Source: Candidatus Poribacteria bacterium (GTDB lineage Bacteria > Poribacteria > WGA-4E > WGA-3G). Taken from it: 64,000 bases of DNA. The DNA lies in the NCBI GenBank assembly GCA_963665235.2, contig CAXXLX010000002.1:64001-128000 (forward strand), read 5' to 3'. Positions 49,918 to 57,999 of the stretch are shown in pieces (position 1 is the first letter of the stretch; each line of letters begins with the position of its first letter). The notes below the pieces were generated by a model. It had not been told where the DNA came from. It was given only the letters and a program-made list of their open reading frames with translations, and made no database searches. Both the position numbers and the translations under genes were made by a program.

Positions 49918-52695
49918 ATGATTAACAAAATAAGAAGCGGGGCGGTCGCTGCATTGCTGTTCTTATTTTTGCTGCCCCTTGCACCAGCCCAAATCACACC
50001 AAACCTCTGGAAGGAATTCATCGGAGAACCGGTACTCCTGGTTACACCCGGCCTTATCGACCACTCTTATGCAGGCTATAAAAATGGTGCGGAGGCGATA
50101 CCCGACACCTTTACGCAGCCAGTCTACAATGTGAACGATTACGGTGCCGCGCCGAATGACAACGCATCGGATACCGCAGGCATCAAAGCTGCGCTGAGTG
50201 CTGCGAATGCCAATAGCCAGGGCGGTATTGTGTTTTTCGCGGCGGGACAATATGATATCTTTCTTGACGGTGAAACGGCCTCACCATTCAACATATCAAG
50301 AGACAATGTCATCATTCGAGGCAGCGGTGCCGAAGGTGCCGGCAACGGTGGGACCACCCTCAAAATGCACAACAACCTAAACGATTGGTTGTTCCGTACC
50401 GGCTGGCGTTCAAACGGGCAAGGTTCGGCAACAAAAGTTAAAGGCACTTTCATAAGGGGAACAAAGCATTTTGATGTGGAGAATGTAAGCTCCCTTAACA
50501 ACCGGAGGTTTATCGAAATCCGATCAAACGGAATCCTCGGTACCGATTGGAGCCTACATTCTTCTCGGCTGAGAGCCGACATGCCTACGTCATATACAAG
50601 CATCCGGAACGGCATAAATATATACGAAATTCATGAAATTGACTACATAGATGGAGACCGCGTTTATGTAAAGGCACCTGTGCTCACCCCTCTCAATTCA
50701 AGCTTCACTGTCAATTGGCGAGATTTGACGGTGGGGGTCGGTTTTGAAAATCTGCACATAGATTGCAACTTCCAGCAAACCTACCGACATCTCGTTCAAA
50801 AAGGCCGGCGGGGTATCTTGCTTTGGCATACGGCGCATTCATGGATCCGCCAATGTCGATTCTCAAACGCCATCGATTCATTCAATCACCACGTTTCTTA
50901 CAGCAACTCGGCACTTGGAATTATCATAGATGGTAGAGCTGGACACCACCCCGGAAGTGTGTCTCATTCAACATACTGTTTTATCGGGCTGTTAGACGAT
51001 AATACCGACACCGGTGTGTGGCACGGCATCACTGTTTCTGCCACTTCCGCAGGAACTGTCGCTTGGGAAATTGGCGGAGCAACAATGAAAGGACCGGATA
51101 CGCACGGCGCGCAGCCCCGCTGGACCCTGTTCGATAATTACGACAGCGTCAATCATCATTCTAGCGGGGGCTCGGTAGCAAACTTACCGCACCATCTCGA
51201 TGGGTACACACGTTGGAACAACGAAGTCGATGCCAGCAGCACCTTTGACCTATGGGCACCCGGTGGATACAGTTTCGCTGTCACGCAAGCAAACCTGATC
51301 GGATACAACCCAGCGGGAGGGTCCAGTCCCGTCGATGCCTACGTCGAGGGATTCGGAAGCCGCGTCACGCCTGACTCACTTTACGAGGCACAACTACAAC
51401 GGCGATTAGGCTCACTGCCCGCATGGGTAAACGCTGCAAAAACCAAGCATACCACGTTAATTGGAAATATTTCAGGGCAATCCGCAAGCACAGCTGATGC
51501 CGTGCCGGGGCTCAGCAGCACTGAACAGTTGCTGCTCGGACAGCTGCTTACTTATGATACGCTCATTTTCAACGAACTCCACAACGCGGCTGATGATACA
51601 AACGACTGGCTGGAACTGCGTAATGTGAGTGAGGCAGACATCTCTCTTGACAAGTGGCAACTCACTATTCGCGCGAGCAGTAGTAATGCGCTCGTCCCGT
51701 TCCCTGCAAGCACGGTTATTCCCGCGGGTGAAGTCCTCTTAATCACTAACACAGAGGAAGGTCACGAGCAAAGCTCGCTCCTACAAGAAGATGCCGAAAT
51801 GGCACCGATAGATGCGTCTATTTCAGTTGTGGTTGCTGAAACGTTTGCATTGCCACAAACCGATTTTGCGTTGATCTTGCGCAGCCCGACAGCCTTCGGC
51901 GATCTTGCAGGCAATTACTTCCAAGATTCAAGTAAACGTCCAGAAACGGCACCCGCATTCACTGTAGGCACGGTATGGGAGCGCGTACAGATGACAGGCT
52001 CTGGGTATCGCGCCGAGGCGTGGGCAGCCAGCACTTATCGAAACGGACTCGGCTCACCGGGGTATCAACCCTCCGCTCTAACAGGCGATGTGAATAACGA
52101 TGGTGTTGTGAACATTTTGGACCTCGTGCTGGTCGCCTCAAAATTCGGCACAACAAGTCCAATTGCGGACCTGAACAGTGATGGCACTGTAAACATCCAA
52201 GACCTGGTCCTGGTTGCGAATGCGCTAAATAACGTTAGTGCCGCACCGACTGCCAAACAGTCCACCGCCGCGGTCGTTAACAATTGGTTGAAACTTGCGC
52301 GGCAAAACGAATCAAAAATTGTTAAATCCTCCATTCCGGAAGGATTTTCATACACACGCGGGATTGAGGTGCTTAAAGAATTAGTCCGTGCACTAACCCC
52401 CGATACAACGGCACTCTTGGCGAACTATCCGAACCCGTTCAACCCTGAAACATGGATACCGTATCAGTTAGCAAAAGCAGCAGATGTAACCCTAACGATA
52501 TATGCCTCGGATGGCAACCTTGTTCGGACGTTAGCATTAGGGCATCGGGATGTTGGCATGTATAAAACCCGCAGCCAAGCCGTCTATTGGGATGGCAAAA
52601 ATGCGTTCGGCGAGTCCGTAGCGAGTGGTGTGTATTTCTACACCCTCACCGCCGGTGACTTCTCCGCCACGCGCAAGATGCTCATCCTCAAATAG
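49918..52695 (+). CDS. Paralog 13: secreted DUF4955/pectate-lyase-like beta-helix protein (putative polysaccharide/glycosaminoglycan lyase) fused to the constant cassette
   Basis: DHSYAGY..G...IP and YNVNDYGA.PND..SDT..IKAA start motifs of a beta-helix; H..QPRWTLFD, GG...NLPHHL, WN and PDSLYEAQL.RRLG match DUF4955 as I recall it. The CDS call is firm; the function is inferred. Confidence 0.8.
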   Translation: MINKIRSGAVAALLFLFLLPLAPAQITPNLWKEFIGEPVLLVTPGLIDHSYAGYKNGAEAIPDTFTQPVYNVNDYGAAPNDNASDTAGIKAALSAANANSQGGIVFFAAGQYDIFLDGETASPFNISRDNVIIRGSGAEGAGNGGTTLKMHNNLNDWLFRTGWRSNGQGSATKVKGTFIRGTKHFDVENVSSLNNRRFIEIRSNGILGTDWSLHSSRLRADMPTSYTSIRNGINIYEIHEIDYIDGDRVYVKAPVLTPLNSSFTVNWRDLTVGVGFENLHIDCNFQQTYRHLVQKGRRGILLWHTAHSWIRQCRFSNAIDSFNHHVSYSNSALGIIIDGRAGHHPGSVSHSTYCFIGLLDDNTDTGVWHGITVSATSAGTVAWEIGGATMKGPDTHGAQPRWTLFDNYDSVNHHSSGGSVANLPHHLDGYTRWNNEVDASSTFDLWAPGGYSFAVTQANLIGYNPAGGSSPVDAYVEGFGSRVTPDSLYEAQLQRRLGSLPAWVNAAKTKHTTLIGNISGQSASTADAVPGLSSTEQLLLGQLLTYDTLIFNELHNAADDTNDWLELRNVSEADISLDKWQLTIRASSSNALVPFPASTVIPAGEVLLITNTEEGHEQSSLLQEDAEMAPIDASISVVVAETFALPQTDFALILRSPTAFGDLAGNYFQDSSKRPETAPAFTVGTVWERVQMTGSGYRAEAWAASTYRNGLGSPGYQPSALTGDVNNDGVVNILDLVLVASKFGTTSPIADLNSDGTVNIQDLVLVANALNNVSAAPTAKQSTAAVVNNWLKLARQNESKIVKSSIPEGFSYTRGIEVLKELVRALTPDTTALLANYPNPFNPETWIPYQLAKAADVTLTIYASDGNLVRTLALGHRDVGMYKTRSQAVYWDGKNAFGESVASGVYFYTLTAGDFSATRKMLILK

Positions 52696-52713
52696 GCCCG
52701 AGCTGTGCCCACG

Positions 52714-52775
52714 CCTCTTATGTAGGAGCGTGCTGTGCACGCGACCTCTTATGTCCGAGCGTGCTGTGCACGCGA
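52714..52775 (+). repeat. Duplicated GTAG-type REP GTAGGAGCGTGCTGTGCACGCGA (also 30847-30869)
   Basis: Two ~31-bp tandem units. At 30847 the GTAG overlaps the TAG stop of paralog 8. Confidence 0.8.
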
Positions 52776-53123
52776 TAAATGCTATTTAATCGGCGGGGTT
52801 TTGCGGCGTACTCGCCCAAATGCGACGTGCATTCACAACCTCGCCACAACCTATGTCCGTATCAGAAAATGCTCCTACTTTTAATCTTTAGGAGTTGCTT
52901 GTTTCTCATGAATTCTGATACAATACTGGATAAGTGTGAATCCGAAAAAAGCAACTCGCTTTTTAGGTTCAAATAGGGGGTGATTTCCCCTATTTACTTT
53001 ACCTGATATTATATCAATCTTGGGCACTTTGAACAAGCTAAAAACCTAATAAACACAAGCGTTTAAGGCGATTTAACAAATTTGCTCAAGTCCAAAACGA
53101 CTTATTCCGAAGGAGAAAATGAA

Positions 53124-56100
53124 ATGTTACAACGATTGACAAACTTAAACATATTTCTAACCTTGCTCTTAGCAGTTACCCTTTTCACCTCCGGCGTTGC
53201 CGTGGTAGACGCACAGAACGACCCCGGAAATGACCCCGGAAACCTGCCTCCAACAAACCAGGCCCCAAAGGCTAATGGTACAATCCCTGGCTTCACCTTG
53301 ACTGTGGATGGAGTGTCTGGCACAGTTAACGTGGGGACCTACTTCAGCGATCCCGAGGGCGAAACCTTGACTTATACGGCTACATCCTCGAATACCAATA
53401 TTGCAACCGTCAGTATATCACCAACCAACGTGCTAACTGTCACGGCAGTCGCAGCAGGGACAGCAACGATTACTATCATTGCTAGAGACCCCGGCAATTT
53501 GACAGCAGAACAGCAATTCTCTGTCACGGTGACACAATCTAACCAAGCACCCACCACCGTTGGCACAATTGCTGCCCAAACATTGACTGTAGGTGGGCCC
53601 GCTGCCACCGTTGACGTGAGTAGCAACTTCACCGATGCCGATGGCGATACCTTGACATACACCGCCAGTTCCTCGGATACCGCAGTAGCAACCGTGAGTG
53701 TGTCAGACTCCACGGTAACGATTACCCCCGTGGCAGCGGGTACCGCCACGATAACCGTCACGGCAACAGATCCCAATAGTGCGACCGCTACACAAGACAT
53801 CTCCGTCACGGTGGAAGCGAACAGTGCACCGACAACCGTTGGCACAATAGCTGCCCAGACGTTGAGTGTAGGTGGGACGGCTGGCACCGTTGACGTGAGT
53901 GGTAGCTTCAGCGATGCGAATGGCGATACACTAACTTATACCGCCAGTTCCTCGGATACCGCAGTAGCAACCGTGAGTGTCTCAAGTGCCACGGTCACTA
54001 TCACGGCAGTCGCAGCAGGCACCGCCACGGTAACCGTCACAGCGACAGACCCCAGCAGTGCGACCGCTACACAAGACATCTCGGTGACGGTGGAAGCGAA
54101 CAGTGCACCGACAACCGTTGGCACAATAGCTGCCCAGACGTTGAGTGTAGGTGGGACGGCTGGCACCGTTGACGTGAGTGGTAACTTCAGCGATGCGAAT
54201 GGCGATACGTTGACCTACACCGCCAGTTCCTCGGATACCGCAGTAGCGACCGTGAGTGTCTCAGAGTCCACGGTAACGATTACCGCCGTGGCAGCAGGCA
54301 CCGCCACGATAACCGTCACGGCGACAGACCCCGGCAATCTAACCGCTACCCAAACATTTTCTGTCACGACCAAAGCGGGACCACCGGCACCCACCAATCT
54401 ATCTGTCCTTTACACATGGTCTACCTCTGTTTTAGTGAATTGGACGGCTCCTACCACGAGTCTAACGATTACAGGGTATGATGTAGAGTACCGGGTGAAA
54501 GGTACAACCGATTTCACCGATGCCGGCCACACAGGGACAGGCACCATTTTTAAGGTCACCGGATTGACATCGGAAACTACCTATCAGATTCGCGTCCGGG
54601 CAAACGCCACAAATGATTCTGGCATCTGGTCAAGTCTTGTGGAAACCACAACGCTGCTTAGTCCGCCCACCGACGTGACTGTATCTGATATAAAAAGCGA
54701 CGCTGCGACTATTAGCTGGACAGCACCGAGCGCACCGAGCGGCACCATTGACAAGTACGTGGTGCTTTACCAAGACCGAAGTCAGCAGCCGGTAAACTAC
54801 ACTGAGGCTGAGACCACAACGACCAGTATTACACTAACAGGACTCAGTCCAGCCACCAGTTATGGGGTCCTCGTAGCAGCAAAGGTAGGCACTGAAATAG
54901 GTGAATATGCCGGCCCTACCAATTTCTGGACAAAATTACTAGCTAGTCCGGCAGATGTTGTTCCGAGCCTCAGCAGTCAAGAACTATCACTGCTAGGTAA
55001 ATTGTTAACCTTTGATACCCTCATCTTCAATGAACTGTCCAACGGCTCTGACGATGCTAAAGACTGGTTGGAGCTTCGCAACGTGAGTGCAGAGAATCTG
55101 CTACTTGACGACTATCAACTCACTATCCTAACGGATAAAGGGAGTAGTGTCGTCCCGTTCCCCGCAGGCACGGCCATCCCCGCAGGGGATGTCCTTTTAC
55201 TCACAAACACAGAGATGGCATCGGTGGATATGACCGTTCTGTCTGTGGTTTCTGAAACGTTCACATTGCCGCAAGCCGATTTCGCGCTAATTCTACGAAG
55301 TCCAACAGCATTCAGTGATCTTGCCGGTAATTATTTTCAAGGCGAAGCAGAACGCCCGGCAACAGCACCCGCACTCACAGTGGACACGGTGTGGGACCGC
55401 ACACAGCCGATTGTTTCCGGCTATCGCGCCGAGGCGTGGGCAAAAAGCACGTATCAAAATGGACTCGGCTCCCCAGGCTATCAACCTCAGGGGCCATCAA
55501 CGGATGGCAATGACGATGGTGTTGTGATTGATACGGATATTAATAACGATGGTGTTGTGAACATCTTTGATTTGGTGTTAGTCGCCTCACAGTTCGGAAC
55601 AACAAGCACAACCGCTGATGTGAATGGTGATGGCATTATCAACATTCAAGACCTGGTCCTGGTTGCAAATGCGTTAAATAACGTTGGTGCCGCGCCGACA
55701 GCGAATCAGTCCGCTGCAGCCGTCGTCAACAATTGGCTGCGTCTTGCGCGTCAAAACGAAGCAAACATCGTTGCAACTGCTATCCCGGAAGGATTTTCCT
55801 ACGAACGCGGCATTCGGGTGCTTGAAGAGTTAGCACGCGCGTTGACACCGAACGCAACGGCACTTTTGGCAAACTACCCGAACCCGTTCAACCCAGAGAC
55901 ATGGATACCGTATCAGTTGGCAAAAGCCGCCGATGTCACGGTGACTATCTATGCCTCGGATGGGAACGTCGTTCGGACATTAGCGTTGGGGCATCGGGAT
56001 GCGGGCATGTATAAGACCCGTACCCAAGCGGCATATTGGGATGGCAAAAATGCGTTAGGCGAGTCCGTAGCCAGCGGTGTGTATTTCTACACCCTCACCG

Positions 56101-56144
56101 CAGGCAATTTCTCTGCCACGCGCAAAATGCTCATCCTCAAATAA
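53124..56144 (+). CDS. Surface protein paralog 14: signal peptide + 4 Ig-like + 2 FN3 + constant cassette
   Basis: AAGGAG RBS, then ATG 53124 (MLQRLTNLNIF...). Conserved repeats and tail. Confidence 0.93.
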   Translation: MLQRLTNLNIFLTLLLAVTLFTSGVAVVDAQNDPGNDPGNLPPTNQAPKANGTIPGFTLTVDGVSGTVNVGTYFSDPEGETLTYTATSSNTNIATVSISPTNVLTVTAVAAGTATITIIARDPGNLTAEQQFSVTVTQSNQAPTTVGTIAAQTLTVGGPAATVDVSSNFTDADGDTLTYTASSSDTAVATVSVSDSTVTITPVAAGTATITVTATDPNSATATQDISVTVEANSAPTTVGTIAAQTLSVGGTAGTVDVSGSFSDANGDTLTYTASSSDTAVATVSVSSATVTITAVAAGTATVTVTATDPSSATATQDISVTVEANSAPTTVGTIAAQTLSVGGTAGTVDVSGNFSDANGDTLTYTASSSDTAVATVSVSESTVTITAVAAGTATITVTATDPGNLTATQTFSVTTKAGPPAPTNLSVLYTWSTSVLVNWTAPTTSLTITGYDVEYRVKGTTDFTDAGHTGTGTIFKVTGLTSETTYQIRVRANATNDSGIWSSLVETTTLLSPPTDVTVSDIKSDAATISWTAPSAPSGTIDKYVVLYQDRSQQPVNYTEAETTTTSITLTGLSPATSYGVLVAAKVGTEIGEYAGPTNFWTKLLASPADVVPSLSSQELSLLGKLLTFDTLIFNELSNGSDDAKDWLELRNVSAENLLLDDYQLTILTDKGSSVVPFPAGTAIPAGDVLLLTNTEMASVDMTVLSVVSETFTLPQADFALILRSPTAFSDLAGNYFQGEAERPATAPALTVDTVWDRTQPIVSGYRAEAWAKSTYQNGLGSPGYQPQGPSTDGNDDGVVIDTDINNDGVVNIFDLVLVASQFGTTSTTADVNGDGIINIQDLVLVANALNNVGAAPTANQSAAAVVNNWLRLARQNEANIVATAIPEGFSYERGIRVLEELARALTPNATALLANYPNPFNPETWIPYQLAKAADVTVTIYASDGNVVRTLALGHRDAGMYKTRTQAAYWDGKNALGESVASGVYFYTLTAGNFSATRKMLILK

Positions 56145-56374
56145 CGTTAGGTCAGGCGAGGTGTCACAACCTCGCCATAGATAAATATTTCGGTAATCGG
56201 CGGGCAATGAATTGCTGCTACTACAAGCCTAATTGTTTGTAGTAAGGCGATTTATCGCCCGTTTCTCTTTTCAGCGAGAAACGCGAAACCTCTAATCAAC
56301 GTGAGTTTGAAAAAAGTTTTGACCCAGTATGAGGAGCGGACTGTGCGCCCGAATACTGGGCAAAAAGTTCCCTG

Positions 56375-56612
56375 CATCTTAGTCCCGTAGGGACGATATC
56401 TTTATAGAAGCAGCCGTTTCCACCCCGCATCTTAGTCCCGTAGGGACGATATCTTTATAGAAGCAGCCGTTAAGGCCAAAGTTCTTAGTCCCGTAGGGAC
56501 GATATATTTGAAAAAGAGGTTTCCATCCTAATTCTTAGCCCAGTATGGGCGTTATTTTTATAGGGTGACACACCATCTCCCCTCTTAGCCCAGTATGGGC
56601 GTTATGTTTATA
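56375..56612 (+). repeat. Cluster of five ~50-bp-spaced palindromic repeats (3 x CTTAGTCCCGTAGGGACGATAT, 2 x CTTAGCCCAGTATGGGCGTTAT)
   Basis: Directly visible repeats, each with a short stem-loop. Confidence 0.8.
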
Positions 56613-56799
56613 GCGAGCCGAGACCGCCCCGCTACTATATTTCTGGTTTCCAATCGCCAATCGCTAATAAGGGTGTGATACTTCCGCCGCCACCCCGCGA
56701 TATTTTTTCTGAAGAAAAATCAAACAGTTCGCAACTAATACCATTTTTATTAATTATTCTATCATTACCGGTTGTTAGAAATGAAACGGAGAACGGAAG

Positions 56800-57507
56800 A
56801 CCCAAACTAAAAGTTTATGCTACGATAAAGAGCACAAACTGGAAGTTTATGCTACAAGACCGCACAAACTGGAAGTTTATGCTACGATAAAGGGCACAAA
56901 CTGGAAGTTTATGCTACAAGACCGCACAAACTGGAAGTTTATGCTACAAGACCGCACAAACTGGAAGTTTATGCTACGATAAAGAGCACAAACTGGAAGT
57001 TTATGCTACGATAAAGGGCACAAACTGGAAGTTTATGCTACGATAAAGGGCACAAACTGGAAGTTTATGCTACAAGACCGCACAAACTGGAAGTTTATGC
57101 TACAAGACCGCACAAACTGGAAGTTTATGCTACAAGACCGCACAAACTGGAAGTTTATGCTACGATAAAGGGCACAAACTGGAAGTTTATGCTACAAGAA
57201 CGCACAAACTGGAAGTTTATGCTACAAGAACGCACACAAACTGGAAGTTTATGCTACAAGAACGCACAAACTGGAAGTTTATGCTACAAGACCGCACAAA
57301 CTGGAAGTTTATGCTACAAGAACGCACACAAACTGGAAGTTTATGCTACAAGAACGCACACAAACTGGAAGTTTATGCTACGATAAAGGGCACAAACTGG
57401 AAGTTTATGCTACAAGAACGCACAAACTGGAAGTTTATGCTACAAGAACGCACACAAACTGGAAGTTTATGCTACAAGAACGCACACAAACTGGAAGTTT
57501 ATGCTAC
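56800..57507 (-). repeat. Tandem array: 22 x GCACAAACTGGAAGTTTATGCTAC (+1 degenerate) with 6-8 bp linkers of a few recurring types
   Basis: Cores run from 56832 to 57482 at 30/32/34-bp spacing. Linkers are AAGACC, GATAAAG(A/G) and AAGAAC. This is the reverse orientation of the 30925 array core. Confidence 0.95.
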
Positions 57508-57924
57508 AATAAAGAGACATTTTCAATTAGAAATGGTATAACATAACAGAAAACCAAAACATTTTTGGGAGGAAAACGGCACCGTTTGCAACTCACCTGA
57601 CCAGACATCGATAGCGTGTGTCGAAAAGTGTAACATTTACACACAAACCGCACAAAAAATGCAGACATGTTAGCAAAAACCTCTTTTTCCGTGTTCTCTG
57701 CGTTCTCTGTGTCCTCCGCGATTCTGACAGTTGTACAAAAACTTTACACCAGGGCCATTTAGTTTTCGATATTTTCCGCCGGTTTTTTCAACAAACCTCT
57801 TATAGTATTCGGTGCGAAGTGCCGCTCCTACAGAGGAACATATACACATATATAAAGTAAATCTTTAAAACTAAATGGACCTGCTCGTTTGTGTTATCTT
57901 TTGTAGCATAAACTTTCGAGTTTG

Positions 57925-57933
57925 TGCTATAAT
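57925..57933 (+). promoter_or_regulatory. Candidate extended -10 promoter (TGCTATAAT) for paralog 15
   Basis: Perfect TGnTATAAT 66 bp upstream of ATG 58000; the TG comes from the end of a solo REP core (57903-57927). Sequence motif only. Confidence 0.4.
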
Positions 57934-57999
57934 AATATTAGAATCACAACCTCTTGCCAATAGCTAATTGCTAATCGCTAACAAAGAAAGGGACATAAT

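Noticed and set aside
7427-53123. Longer upstream starts in the ORF track (7427, 11724, 21203, 24091, 31089, 35982, 53082)
   Set aside because: The extensions run through intergenic repeats. The RBS position and shared signal peptides identify the downstream ATGs.
3-56144. Diversity-generating retroelement acting on the paralogs
   Set aside because: There is no reverse transcriptase, the C-termini are the most conserved part, and I saw no adenine-specific TR/VR pair.
4484-56156. Integron cassette array (co-oriented genes; several stops read TAAC followed by GTTA, e.g. TAACGTTAGGT at 23897 and 56142)
   Set aside because: The AAC and GTT boxes are 0-3 bp apart rather than framing a 55-140 bp attC hairpin. 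Intergenic regions are heterogeneous and no integrase is seen. Shared 3' ancestry explains the motif.
56800-57507. CRISPR array (also 30925-31084, 41021-41230, 44280-44817)
   Set aside because: The inter-repeat sequences are only 6-18 bp and recur rather than being unique ~30-40 bp spacers, and there are no cas genes in the window.
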